A program made the translations under genes and the position numbers. The notes under the pieces are model-generated. The model ran no database searches. It was not told where the DNA came from and saw nothing but the letters and a program-made list of their open reading frames with translations. From Clostridia bacterium (GTDB lineage: Bacteria > Bacillota > Clostridia > TANB77 > CAG-465), in assembly GCA_045537895.1 (NCBI GenBank), contig JAZSQI010000012.1, positions 53,535-117,534 of the forward strand: a stretch of DNA of 64,000 nt. The letters are read 5' to 3'. Numbering within the stretch: the stretch's first letter is position 1; the number at the start of each line of letters is the position of its first letter. Of the stretch, positions 19,129-29,061 are shown piece by piece.

Positions 19129-19347
19129 ATGAAAATAATAAAAGAAGGTATTAAAGACCGGAAAAACTCAATGCGAATAGAATGTTTTTGTTGTATGGCT
19201 GAACTTGAGATAACAGCAAATGATGTTATTAAAGGTGATCGCAGAATTTATATTACCGAATGTCCTTGTTGTGAGGCAAAGATATTAATTAATGAAGGAA
19301 CTATTCCTCGTAATATGCTAAATAAAATTGATTATAGAGAGACTTAA
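19129..19347 (+). CDS. Small Cys4 zinc-ribbon protein (CFCC...CPCC)
   Basis: 72 aa with two Cys pairs and a strong AAGGAGG RBS. Co-oriented with the LysM gene. Confidence 0.6.
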   Translation: MKIIKEGIKDRKNSMRIECFCCMAELEITANDVIKGDRRIYITECPCCEAKILINEGTIPRNMLNKIDYRET

Positions 19348-19361
19348 AATGGTCTCTCTAT
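19334..19361. terminator. Bidirectional terminator hairpin between convergent zinc-ribbon and recombinase genes
   Basis: atagagagac/gtctctctat, a 10 bp perfect stem overlapping the stop codon of the zinc-ribbon ORF. Confidence 0.6.
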
Positions 19362-19363
19362 TA

Positions 19364-20329
19364 TTATACATTTTTATTATTTAAAGGATTATTTTCCAAC
19401 GCATTTCTTACTTCATCACTATCTATATGAGTATATATCTCGGTGGTTGATATTGATTCATGTCCTAGAACTTGTTGCAATGCTCTTATATCTACATTAC
19501 CATATTTATGCATTAATGTAGCAGCTGTATGCCTTAATTTGTGAGGTGAATATTTATTAGGGTCTAATCCTGCCTGTATAATGTATTTTTTTACAGTTAC
19601 CTCTACAGTTCGTTTTCCTATTCTCTTGTATCTACTGCTTAAAAATAAGGCATCTTTATCTATAACTTTATCTACAGGTCGATCCTTAAGATAGTCGGCA
19701 ATAGCGTCCTTACAAGCATCATTTAGGTATATAGAACGTTCTTTATTACCTTTTCCAATAACAGTTAAAATATCACCTCTTATATGTGTTAAATTTATAT
19801 TAACAAGCTCTGAAAGCCTTAAACCACAATTTAAAAATAATGTTATAATTGCATAGTCTCTAGTTTTATGTTTACCATCAATAGAGTGGAGTAGGGAAAG
19901 AGCTTCATCTAAATTTAAATATTTTGGCATTCTTTTTCCAAGTTTTGGTGATTCTAAATTTATTGCTGGATTTACAGTTAATAATTTTTCTTTATTACAA
20001 AGATAATTAAAAAATGATTTTATTGTAGCAACTTTACGAGCTCTTGAAACTGGTTTTGAATTTAATTCATCAGCTATATAATTTAAATAATTATAAAAAT
20101 CAGATAATGTTAAACTTTTAAAAAATTCTATATCAAGATCTCTAATATCAATTTCCTGTAAATCATCAGTCTTAATATTAAATCTATCTCTTTTTATAAA
20201 TCTAAATATATTTCTTAAATCGTAATAATATTCTTTTACAGTATTTTTAGATCTATTTTTAATTGTTTTCATATATATTAGATATTCTTTCATAATATTT
20301 GGAATATCATCATAATCATTAGTATTCAT
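19364..20329 (-). CDS. Tyrosine site-specific recombinase, XerC/XerD-like (phage-integrase family)
   Basis: 321 aa with an N-terminal SAM-like core-binding domain and a catalytic domain carrying R...HKLRHTAAT...LGH.S...TEIYTH (R-H-R-Y nucleophile region). GGAGG RBS. Confidence 0.85.
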   Translation of the reverse strand: MNTNDYDDIPNIMKEYLIYMKTIKNRSKNTVKEYYYDLRNIFRFIKRDRFNIKTDDLQEIDIRDLDIEFFKSLTLSDFYNYLNYIADELNSKPVSRARKVATIKSFFNYLCNKEKLLTVNPAINLESPKLGKRMPKYLNLDEALSLLHSIDGKHKTRDYAIITLFLNCGLRLSELVNINLTHIRGDILTVIGKGNKERSIYLNDACKDAIADYLKDRPVDKVIDKDALFLSSRYKRIGKRTVEVTVKKYIIQAGLDPNKYSPHKLRHTAATLMHKYGNVDIRALQQVLGHESISTTEIYTHIDSDEVRNALENNPLNNKNV

Positions 20330-20348
20330 AATTTAACCTCCAAAAAGC

Positions 20349-20380
20349 GACGCTCTAAAATCGATTTTAAGACGTTTTTA
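20349..20380 (+). repeat. Direct repeat copy 2 (gacgctctaaaatcgattttaagacGttttta), 20 nt upstream of the recombinase start codon
   Basis: See copy 1. This copy lies between the recombinase RBS and its presumed promoter. Confidence 0.85.
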
Positions 20381-20770
20381 TTTTAAGGGGTATATCTCAG
20401 GTCACCTTAAAAACACGCTTAAATTCTAAATTTAAAACAAAGCCAATATTTTATATAAAATATACAATATATAAAGTATAATATAGTAATTAATATATAA
20501 AGTGTAGTAAAATATTTCCAAATACGAAATCAGGTTAAATATAGTAAGATAAATATAAAGGAATATATGCTTAGAAGCGTTGATATTACTATATATTACA
20601 TATAATATCAGATAATTTAAGAATATGCAATAGTTTTCTACTCCGAATTTCACAAAATTTATATTTTGCGCAATTATAAAAATCATTAAATAAAAGGTTT
20701 ATTGCCTATAACCTCCCTCATCTTATTATATTTTTGTTTTTCGTATATTTAAGTTATCTTATATTTTAAT

Positions 20771-20971
20771 TTATTTAAAATATTCATTATTATCTATGTG
20801 ATTAAAAATTTGATTTGCTTTGCATCCTAAAAATCTTTGCAAATAGAAAATTTTTTCTTTATCATTATTTTTATCATTAAACAACAATTTCTCGTTATCA
20901 AAATTTTCGTACCCTATTGCCAAGCATTTTAGAATTAGCTCTATTTCCCTAGCGTTTAGACTCACATTCAT
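20771..20971 (-). CDS. Hypothetical small protein (66 aa)
   Basis: ORF in AT-rich intergenic DNA, divergent from the 21010 ORF, with a weak RBS. Confidence 0.25.
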   Translation of the reverse strand: MNVSLNAREIELILKCLAIGYENFDNEKLLFNDKNNDKEKIFYLQRFLGCKANQIFNHIDNNEYFK

Positions 20972-21009
20972 TTTATTAAATTTCTTATTTACATATATTA
21001 CTATATATT

Positions 21010-21195
21010 ATGAGGTTGATACAAATGATTGAGCTAGATGATAATTCTCATTATAGAATAAAAAGTATGGAAAATGATGCTAAAAAGGATTATATAATGT
21101 CTAATGCAAAAGCAAATTTAATAAGAGTTAAAGTAGAAGAAGTTAATTACAAACTAAAAGAGCTAGAAACTATATTAGTAGAGAAAATAAAATAA
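21010..21195 (+). CDS. Hypothetical small protein (61 aa, predicted helical)
   Basis: GAGGT RBS 9 nt upstream, followed by a strong terminator hairpin. Confidence 0.4.
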   Translation: MRLIQMIELDDNSHYRIKSMENDAKKDYIMSNAKANLIRVKVEEVNYKLKELETILVEKIK

Positions 21196-21198
21196 GAT

Positions 21199-21236
21199 AG
21201 AAGGTATACTCCTATATTTGTATACCTTCTCTATTT
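21199..21236. terminator. Bidirectional terminator (agaaggtata/tataccttct)
   Basis: 10 bp stem lying between the 21010 ORF and the gatB stop. Confidence 0.6.
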
Positions 21237-21240
21237 ATTA

Positions 21241-22686
21241 CTACATATTTTTTAATTCTTCTACTATCAATTTATTTACTATACCTGGATTTGCTTTACC
21301 TTTTGATGCTTTCATTACCTGCCCTACAATAAATCCTATTGCTTTATCTTTTCCTGCTTTGTAATCTGCAACAGATTGTGGGTTTTCTGAAATTACTTTT
21401 ACAACTATTTCTTTTATAGCTCCTTCATCTGTTATTTGAACAAGCCCTTTTTCTTTTACTATGTCTTCTGGTTTTTTACCAGTTTCAAACATATCTTCGA
21501 ATACCTTTTTAGCTATCGCAGATGATATAGTTCCTTTATCAATTAAAGTTATTAAATCTCCTAAATCTTCAGCAGTAAATTTAACATCTCTTATATCATT
21601 CATTTCTTCACTTTCATTAATCTTTCTTGATATGTCTCCCATAAGCCAATTTGAAACAAGTTTAGCATTTTTACATTTTGCTTCTGCTTTTTCAAAGAAA
21701 TCAGCCATATATTTAGATGATGTAATTTGATCTGCATCATACTCTGGAAGTGCATATTCTGAAATATATCTTTTCTTTCTTGCATATTGCATTTCAGGTA
21801 TTTCTGCCTTTATTGCATCTACATATTCATCGCTTAATATAATTGGAGCTAAATCAGGCTCTGGGAAGTATCTATAATCATGTGCATCTTCTTTAGAACG
21901 CATTGCATACCCAATACCTTTATCATCATCCCATCTTCTAGTTTCTTGATAAATAGTACCACCATTTTCAAGTTCTTCTATTTGTCTATTTGTTTCAAAT
22001 TCAATTGATCTTGCTATAGCTTTAAATGAATTTAGGTTTTTAGTTTCAGTTCTTGTTCCAAACTTAGTTTCACCTTTCTTTCTTACTGAAAGGTTAACGT
22101 CACATCTTAAAGAACCTTCTTGCATCTTACAATCACATATTTCTAAATATTCTAATGTAGATTTTAAAGCTTGCATATATGCGATTGCTTCGTCTGCACT
22201 TCTAATATCAGGCTCAGAAACAATTTCTATAAGTGGAACAGCACATCTATTCATATCTACTAAAGTATCTCCTGTATATGCATCATGAATAAGTTTACCA
22301 GCATCTTCTTCAATGTGTATTCTTGTAATACCAACTTTTTTACTTTCACCATTTACATTAATATTCACATAACCATGTTCACATAGTGGCAAGTCATATT
22401 GTGATGTTTGAAAGGCTTTAGGAAGGTCAGGATAGAAATAATTTTTTCTATCTTGTTTTGAGAATTTAGCTATCTGACAGTTTGTTGCTAGTCCCATCTT
22501 AACAGCATATTCTACAACCTTTTCATTAAGGACAGGAAGTACACCAGGCATACCTGTACATATTGGACAACAATGTGTATTTGGATCTCCACCAAATTCT
22601 GTTGTACATGAACAGTATATTTTTGTATTTGTAGAAAGTTCTGCATGGACCTCTAGTCCAATTATAACCTCATAATCTTCTCTCAT
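21241..22686 (-). CDS. gatB: Aspartyl/glutamyl-tRNA(Asn/Gln) amidotransferase subunit B
   Basis: 481 aa with an N-terminus (IGLEVHAEL...) and overall GatB pattern, last gene of the gat operon. Confidence 0.9.
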   Translation of the reverse strand: MREDYEVIIGLEVHAELSTNTKIYCSCTTEFGGDPNTHCCPICTGMPGVLPVLNEKVVEYAVKMGLATNCQIAKFSKQDRKNYFYPDLPKAFQTSQYDLPLCEHGYVNINVNGESKKVGITRIHIEEDAGKLIHDAYTGDTLVDMNRCAVPLIEIVSEPDIRSADEAIAYMQALKSTLEYLEICDCKMQEGSLRCDVNLSVRKKGETKFGTRTETKNLNSFKAIARSIEFETNRQIEELENGGTIYQETRRWDDDKGIGYAMRSKEDAHDYRYFPEPDLAPIILSDEYVDAIKAEIPEMQYARKKRYISEYALPEYDADQITSSKYMADFFEKAEAKCKNAKLVSNWLMGDISRKINESEEMNDIRDVKFTAEDLGDLITLIDKGTISSAIAKKVFEDMFETGKKPEDIVKEKGLVQITDEGAIKEIVVKVISENPQSVADYKAGKDKAIGFIVGQVMKASKGKANPGIVNKLIVEELKNM

Positions 22687-22687
22687 A

Positions 22688-24418
22688 TTATTTTAACCAT
22701 CCTTTCGTTTTATTACTAACAAATTCATAAATATCATTTATACCTACTAAAGAAGCTTCATCTTCTCCAGTTACTTTAACCTCATATTTATTGTTTTCAA
22801 TATTTCTTGGACTTACAACTATGCGTATTGGTGCCCCTATTAAGTCACTATCTGCAAATTTAACACCAGGACTCTTCTGTCTATCATCAAGTAATACGTC
22901 ATAACCTAAGTCTTTCATCTTAGAATATAATTCATCAGATGTATTTTTAATATTTTCATTCTTAGTATAGTCTATTGGACATATATGAATGTGAAATGGT
23001 GCGATAGATGCAGGCCAATTAACTTGCCTGTCTGTGGCTTTTGCTTCTAAAACTGATGCCATAAGTCTTCCTACACCAATTCCATAACATCCCATTATTG
23101 GAGTTTGAGACTTTCCGTTTTCATCCAAATAACTCATCTTCATAGCAGATGTATATTTTGTTCCAAGTTTAAAAATATTACCTACTTCGATACCGTTAGA
23201 TATTTTTAATGCTTTTTGTCTGCATTTTGGACATAAATCATTTTCATTTACTTTAGCGACATCATAATATGCTGCATCTTTAATATCTCTTGTAAAGCTT
23301 ACATTTTTAATATGATAATCTTTTTTATTTGCACCTACAACTAAGCATTTTTCATTTTCTAATGAAGAATCATATATAACTTGATATTTAACAGTTGGAT
23401 TTAAGCCTATAGGTCCTATAAAACCATACTCGATTCCATCAACATCTTCTTCAGTTTTAGGAACTAAGTTTTCATCATCTACTTTTAATATATTTCTTAG
23501 TTTTGTCTCATTTACTTCTTTATCAGCACGTATAAATACTATAACAGTTTCGTCAGTATCAATTCTATAGTATACTACTGCTTTAGCAAGATTAGTTTTA
23601 GGCATATTTAAGAATTTCTCTAAATCTTCTATTGTTTTTACATTTGGTGTATGAACTTCTTCAATTTCTTTTTCCTCAGTTGTTATTGCTGGTTGTTTTG
23701 AGAAAGTAGCAACATCCATATTTGCACTATAATCACAAGCAGTACATTTTACTATTTTATCTTCTCCTGCATCGCATAGAAGCATATATTCATGAGCACC
23801 ACTTCCACCCATCATGCCAGTATCAGATGCAACAGGAACCACCTCAGGTATTCCTACTCTTGCAAATATTCTATTATACGCATCGTAGTATTCATCATAT
23901 ACTTTATTTAAACTTTCTTCGCTAGTATGGAATGAATAAGCATCCTTCATAGTGAACTCTCTAACACGAATAAGCCCTCCTCTACTCCTTGCTTCATCTC
24001 TAAATTTTGTTTGGATTTGATAGATTGAGAATGGGTATTTGGTATATGAAGTAGCTTCATTTAATGCAGTAAATACAGCGGCTTCTTCATGTGTCATAGA
24101 AAGAACCATGTCAGTATTTGATCTATCTTTGAATCTTAAAAGTTCAGATCCAATTGAATTGTATCTATCTGCCATATTCCATAATTTTTTAGTAGCAACT
24201 ACTGGCATAAGAACTTCTTGTGCACCTAAACCATTCATTTCTTCTCTTATTATATTTTCTATTTTACTAGCTACTTTTAAGCCTAATGGCATAAGTGTAA
24301 AAATACCACTTGCCATTTGTTTTATATAGCCACCTTTTAGAAGCAACCCATGACTTTTTAGTGTTGCTTCATTTGGCCATTCTTTTTTTGTATCTCCTAT
24401 AAGTTTTGATTGTAACAT
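22688..24418 (-). CDS. proS: Prolyl-tRNA synthetase (bacterial type, with INS editing domain)
   Basis: 576 aa with class II motifs (...FRDE.R.R.GL.R.REF.MKDAYSFH..., GCYGIG), a central editing insertion and a C-terminal anticodon-binding domain. Confidence 0.9.
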   Translation of the reverse strand: MLQSKLIGDTKKEWPNEATLKSHGLLLKGGYIKQMASGIFTLMPLGLKVASKIENIIREEMNGLGAQEVLMPVVATKKLWNMADRYNSIGSELLRFKDRSNTDMVLSMTHEEAAVFTALNEATSYTKYPFSIYQIQTKFRDEARSRGGLIRVREFTMKDAYSFHTSEESLNKVYDEYYDAYNRIFARVGIPEVVPVASDTGMMGGSGAHEYMLLCDAGEDKIVKCTACDYSANMDVATFSKQPAITTEEKEIEEVHTPNVKTIEDLEKFLNMPKTNLAKAVVYYRIDTDETVIVFIRADKEVNETKLRNILKVDDENLVPKTEEDVDGIEYGFIGPIGLNPTVKYQVIYDSSLENEKCLVVGANKKDYHIKNVSFTRDIKDAAYYDVAKVNENDLCPKCRQKALKISNGIEVGNIFKLGTKYTSAMKMSYLDENGKSQTPIMGCYGIGVGRLMASVLEAKATDRQVNWPASIAPFHIHICPIDYTKNENIKNTSDELYSKMKDLGYDVLLDDRQKSPGVKFADSDLIGAPIRIVVSPRNIENNKYEVKVTGEDEASLVGINDIYEFVSNKTKGWLK

Positions 24419-24429
24419 AAAATCACCCT

Positions 24430-25887
24430 TTATATATTTGGTTTAATTTTGTGATGCTCTGTATTTTTCTCAAAAGCATCTGCCACTTTTAATAATTTTT
24501 CTTCTTCAAATAAATTACCTATTAATTGAAGTCCAATTGGCATTTTTTCAGTATTTGAAAATCCACAAGGAATTGATATTCCTGGAAGTCCTGCTATATT
24601 TACAGGAACTGTGAATATATCTTCTAAATACATTTCAACAGGATTTGAAGTTTTTTCTCCAAATTTAAATGATACATTTGGAGCTGTTGGAAGTGCTATT
24701 ACATCCACATCTTCAAATGCTTTTTTGAAGTCTTCAATAATAAGTGTTCTAACTTGCTGTGCTCTCTTGTAGTATGCATCATAATAACCTGAGCTTAATA
24801 CATATGTACCAAGCATTATTCTTCTTTTAACTTCTGTTCCAAATCCTTCTGTTCTAGATTTTTTATATAGATCAATTAAATCTTCAAAATCTTCTGCTCT
24901 GTGTCCGTATTTAACTCCATCAAATCTTGCTAAGTTAGATGATGCTTCAGCTGTTGAAATAATATAATATGTAGGAAGAGCATATTTTGCATAATCTAAA
25001 TCTACTTCCTTGATTTCAGCACCCAAATTTTTATATACTTCAATTGCTTCATCGAATTTTGCTTTAACTTCAGGATTTAATCCGTTTTCAAAGAATTTTG
25101 TTGGAACACCAATCTTGATTCCCTTTATATCTTGACCTATTGCCTTAGTATAATCTGGGTACTCCATATCTACAGATGTTGTATCCATTTTATCTTTGCC
25201 TGTTATTGCATTTAGCATTATAGCCATATCTTCTACATCTTTTGTGAATGGTCCTATTTGATCTAGAGATGATGCAAATGCTATAAGTCCAAATCTTGAT
25301 ACTGTTCCATAAGTAGGCTTCATTCCTACAACCGAACAATATGAAGCTGGTTGTCTTATTGAACCACCTGTATCTGAACCAAGTGATGCATATGCCATAT
25401 CTGAAGATACAACTGCTGCACTACCACCACTAGATCCACCCGGAACTCTTTCTATATCCCAAGGATTTTTTGTTTTCTTGAAATATGATGTTGCAGTAGA
25501 AGAACCCATTGCAAATTCATCCATATTTGTTTTACCAATAATTATTGCACCAGCATCTAGTAGTTTATTTATAACTGTTGCATTATATGGAGCAACAAAA
25601 TTTTCTAGCATCTTAGAAGAGCATGTTGTTTTTGTTCCATCTATACATATGTTATCTTTTATAGCGATAGGAACACCACCTAAAGGCCCAATGTCTTCTC
25701 CATTATCTAATCTTGCTTGAAGCTCTTCTGCTCTTTTTAAAGCAGCTTCTTTTGTAAATGATGTATATGCTTCTATTTTAGGTTCTACTTCCTCTATTCT
25801 AGAATATATGTCATTTACTACATCTATTATTTTAACTTCTTTATTTTTAATCTTATCTCTTATTTCATGTAATGTTAATGTGTGCAT
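24430..25887 (-). CDS. gatA: Glutamyl-tRNA(Gln) amidotransferase subunit A (amidase signature family)
   Basis: Amidase signature [11 protein letters not shown] and Ser-cisSer-Lys triad context. 485 aa. Confidence 0.92.
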   Translation of the reverse strand: MHTLTLHEIRDKIKNKEVKIIDVVNDIYSRIEEVEPKIEAYTSFTKEAALKRAEELQARLDNGEDIGPLGGVPIAIKDNICIDGTKTTCSSKMLENFVAPYNATVINKLLDAGAIIIGKTNMDEFAMGSSTATSYFKKTKNPWDIERVPGGSSGGSAAVVSSDMAYASLGSDTGGSIRQPASYCSVVGMKPTYGTVSRFGLIAFASSLDQIGPFTKDVEDMAIMLNAITGKDKMDTTSVDMEYPDYTKAIGQDIKGIKIGVPTKFFENGLNPEVKAKFDEAIEVYKNLGAEIKEVDLDYAKYALPTYYIISTAEASSNLARFDGVKYGHRAEDFEDLIDLYKKSRTEGFGTEVKRRIMLGTYVLSSGYYDAYYKRAQQVRTLIIEDFKKAFEDVDVIALPTAPNVSFKFGEKTSNPVEMYLEDIFTVPVNIAGLPGISIPCGFSNTEKMPIGLQLIGNLFEEEKLLKVADAFEKNTEHHKIKPNI

Positions 25888-25902
25888 TATATATACCTCC
25901 TA

Positions 25903-26190
25903 CTACTCTACAACCTGTGGAACACTAATACAACCTGCTGCTTTAGTTGGAGCATTTTGTAATAATTTTTCCCTGTTATATGAATCATGCATTTCATCTT
26001 TTCTAAATACATTGTGTATATCTAAAATATGAGCTGTAGGTTTTACATCTGTTACATCTATTTCATTTAGTTGTTCTGCAAATTCAACTATACTTGCTAA
26101 GTCTGAAGTGTATTTTTTAACTTCTTCGTCTGTAAATTTAAGTCTTGCAAGTGATGCTATATGCTTTACCTCTTCTTCTGATATTTTCAT
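25903..26190 (-). CDS. gatC: Glutamyl-tRNA(Gln) amidotransferase subunit C
   Basis: 95 aa (MKISEEEVKHIASLARLKFTDEE...) typical of GatC, first gene of the operon. Confidence 0.9.
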   Translation of the reverse strand: MKISEEEVKHIASLARLKFTDEEVKKYTSDLASIVEFAEQLNEIDVTDVKPTAHILDIHNVFRKDEMHDSYNREKLLQNAPTKAAGCISVPQVVE

Positions 26191-26242
26191 CTAAATTCCT
26201 CCAATACTTTTATACATAATTTTACTTAAAAAGTATATAACA

Positions 26243-26272
26243 AAAAGGCACTTATTTCAAGTGCCTTTAGCA
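26243..26272 (-). terminator. Rho-independent terminator for the upstream WG-repeat genes (minus strand)
   Basis: aaggcact/agtgcctt stem followed by ttttt on the minus strand. Confidence 0.6.
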
Positions 26273-26305
26273 GTTTATTTGCATATATTTGGTAATTTTT
26301 CAGCA

Positions 26306-26854
26306 TTAATTGATACAATCATATATACCGGATATAAATGAATATCTTTTCCACTTATTATCAATTAAAAAGTCGTACTCAACCCCATTTGGTTTTTTAA
26401 TATCGTCTGCAATGATTAGCTGATTTGTTTTAGTTAAATAATAACCTTTTTCAGAGTTTAAAGTTTCTACCTCAAAAACTTTACCATATACAGTTGGCTT
26501 TATAAATGCAAACTTAAACGGTATAATTACTTCGCCCTTAAATGATATCACACCACAAAGTTTTTTGCCTTTTTCTTCGATAGAGAGTGTAATAGATTTT
26601 CCATCATCTACCCAAAAAAACGAATAATGTTCTGCTTTAAATAAAAGTTTACCGTCTTCATAATCATATAAATGAAATTTTCCTTCTGAAGTAGTAGCAA
26701 TAATAATTTCTCTTTCTTTGTGTACATTAAGCTCATCATAAATATAATCTGTAATTTGCTTATCATTTAAGAATAATGATTTTTTGCATTTAACTTTAAA
26801 TTTTCTGGACATAGTTACATCTCCTTTATATTTCAAGTTCTTTCCATTTGCCAT
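26306..26854 (-). CDS. WG-repeat (KWG-type) containing protein, short paralog
   Basis: Repeated ...KGK.GVI...G..IIP.KF..I motifs. Overlaps the upstream paralog by 29 nt. Confidence 0.6.
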   Translation of the reverse strand: MANGKNLKYKGDVTMSRKFKVKCKKSLFLNDKQITDYIYDELNVHKEREIIIATTSEGKFHLYDYEDGKLLFKAEHYSFFWVDDGKSITLSIEEKGKKLCGVISFKGEVIIPFKFAFIKPTVYGKVFEVETLNSEKGYYLTKTNQLIIADDIKKPNGVEYDFLIDNKWKRYSFISGIYDCIN

Positions 26855-27833
26855 CTACCAGTATTTCATATTTACCAGTCATAGTAAGATTAATATCATT
26901 TGCGACTACAAACTTTTTCTTAGGAATAATGTAATAACCCCAAATACCATTCTTGCAAGCATTACATGTTGTGCCAGTTCTAAGGTATGATTTAAAGTAA
27001 TCATATTCTACTGGAACTTTCATTTCGCCATTGCTTGAATAGATTCCGTATTTACCATTTCTTTTTACAAGAAGAAAATTATTACATGAATGTGGTATTC
27101 CTTCTGCTATTTGAATATCATCAAATTCTATTGGCAATATCTCTTTACCTTTAAAATTTACTACTCCATATTTTCCATTCTTCTTAACAGTAAGACACTC
27201 CAGTTTATTAAATTCATACATTCTAGATACATCAATTTCATCATAAACTTCTGATAGTATGACTCTTCCATCAATAGAATACAATCCACACTTGTCACTA
27301 GAGTTTTTAGTAAGTATACCTGCTACTATTCTTAACCAAGTGTCTTTTTCCTTATTTACAGTGTAAATCAATTTACCTTTTAATGAGTATAGATGTATAT
27401 AATCATAATCAAAATGAGCCTCTATAACATCTGAACATAGGCGTATACGTTGATACTCACAAGCAACTATTTTATCTCCGTTAAATGAGTATACTCCTGC
27501 TTTATCTCCTCTATATACGCAAATATATTCTTTACCTAGCTCATTAAAAGTATCAAATGGTTTTTTAGAAAATTCAACACCTCTTGTAGTATATAAATAA
27601 TATTTATCATCTTCGTTAATAAAAATATAATTCTTATTAACTACAAAAGATTTTCCTACATATTCAAATAATCTACTTCCTGTAGATTTATCGTAAATAT
27701 GTAAAATAGTTTTTGAATATAATATATATTCGTTTTCTATTTCTAAAACTTCTTCATAGATGTAATCTGTTAACCGTATTCCGTTTACAACCAATGCTTT
27801 TTTTGTGTCAGTACCAATATTAATTTTGCTCAT
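26826..27833 (-). CDS. WG-repeat (KWG-type) containing protein
   Basis: 335 aa with at least six NGKYG(V/I)...G..I.P.EYD repeats. Confidence 0.65.
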   Translation of the reverse strand: MSKINIGTDTKKALVVNGIRLTDYIYEEVLEIENEYILYSKTILHIYDKSTGSRLFEYVGKSFVVNKNYIFINEDDKYYLYTTRGVEFSKKPFDTFNELGKEYICVYRGDKAGVYSFNGDKIVACEYQRIRLCSDVIEAHFDYDYIHLYSLKGKLIYTVNKEKDTWLRIVAGILTKNSSDKCGLYSIDGRVILSEVYDEIDVSRMYEFNKLECLTVKKNGKYGVVNFKGKEILPIEFDDIQIAEGIPHSCNNFLLVKRNGKYGIYSSNGEMKVPVEYDYFKSYLRTGTTCNACKNGIWGYYIIPKKKFVVANDINLTMTGKYEILVDGKWKELEI

Positions 27834-27885
27834 ACCTTAAATCCCCTTTCAAATTATTGATCGATTATGTTTTTATTGTTAAATT

Positions 27886-27913
27886 ATTATATCATAATTA
27901 TGTTAATTGTCAA
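27886..27913 (-). promoter_or_regulatory. Sigma-A-like promoter (TTGACA-16-TATAAT on the minus strand) for the WG-repeat genes
   Basis: Reverse complement reads ttgacaattaacataattatgatataat. Confidence 0.4.
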
Positions 27914-28123
27914 ACTTATTATAATTTAATTACATAATCATTATATTTATTTTTCCAATAACATTTTTTAGACACATAAAAAGAAACCCCTCCATACATT
28001 AAAATATAGATGGTCTCTTAAATTTTCAAAATGGTTAATTTATTACTCGCGCCACCATAAAACAAGACATATTTATTATATACTTAATTATACGTAAAAA
28101 TTTTATTATAGATTCTTACTTTT

Positions 28124-28537
28124 CTACTTTTTAAGCCAAACATACACACCGTCTTGATTTTCTGGTTTATATTTAAATCCACATTTTACATAGAATTCTC
28201 TATTTCCATGTGTAGGAGTAGCTTCAATTTGAAACAAGTCGCCTTCATTTAGATTGTCTTGAACCATTTGTAAAAGTTTTGTTACAACAATTTTTCCAAA
28301 ACCTTTTCTTTGATAATCAGGATGAACTAAAATATCAGAAAGTACCCCTTTGCATGAATAGTCCCCAACTAACCTACCAAGGGCAACAGTTTTACCTTGA
28401 ACTCTAACTGATACCTTACACATTGTATTGTTTAAGGCTTTTTCTACCTGTGTTAAATTTATTTCTTTCCAGCTCAAAACTTTTCTAAAATTTATAAAAT
28501 CAATTGGATCTATATCATAAATAACAGAATACTCCAT
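28124..28537 (-). CDS. GNAT-family N-acetyltransferase
   Basis: 137 aa with acetyl-CoA-binding motif QRKGFGK and GNAT fold spacing. Confidence 0.75.
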   Translation of the reverse strand: MEYSVIYDIDPIDFINFRKVLSWKEINLTQVEKALNNTMCKVSVRVQGKTVALGRLVGDYSCKGVLSDILVHPDYQRKGFGKIVVTKLLQMVQDNLNEGDLFQIEATPTHGNREFYVKCGFKYKPENQDGVYVWLKK

Positions 28538-28560
28538 ATCAAAATCTCCTAAACTAAATA

Positions 28561-29061
28561 TTATTTCTTTACATCATTTTGTATATCATAAGTGTATTTA
28601 GATACTGTTTCATCCTCTTTACCATCATCCATAACTACCATTTTAGTTATAGCTATCTCTAAAACAGTATCATTATATAAATAATCATATGTATAGTCTA
28701 TTGTTACTTCTTTGATATTTGCACTATTTGATATTTCACTATATACGTTTTGATATATACTATATATTTCTTTATTAATATTCTCTGTTGTATCTGTTTC
28801 TATATTAATCTTAGGTAATCTAACTGATAAATTTACTGATTTGTTTTGTATTTCCATCTCTTTTCGTATATTTACATACTCAGCTACTACATTAGATTTA
28901 GGTATAGTAAGTGTTGTTCCAGTTCCTTCGTCTACATATACAATATTATCATTATTTTCATTTTGCAAAATAGCTGACATGAGCGCTAAAACGACTATAA
29001 ATATACAAATTACAACGACAGCAATTCCTACAAACCTACTAAAATTAACCTCTTTATTCAT
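28561..29061 (-). CDS. Membrane-anchored hypothetical protein (N-terminal TM, extracytoplasmic domain)
   Basis: 166 aa. Overlaps the upstream membrane-protein gene by 8 nt, suggesting an operon. Confidence 0.5.
   Translation of the reverse strand: MNKEVNFSRFVGIAVVVICIFIVVLALMSAILQNENNDNIVYVDEGTGTTLTIPKSNVVAEYVNIRKEMEIQNKSVNLSVRLPKINIETDTTENINKEIYSIYQNVYSEISNSANIKEVTIDYTYDYLYNDTVLEIAITKMVVMDDGKEDETVSKYTYDIQNDVKK

Noticed and set aside
20432-20686. 84-aa ORF in the AT-rich spacer upstream of the recombinase
   Set aside because: Extreme Tyr/Ile/Leu/Asn low-complexity translation of A+T-rich non-coding DNA, with no RBS. It is most likely intergenic or promoter DNA.
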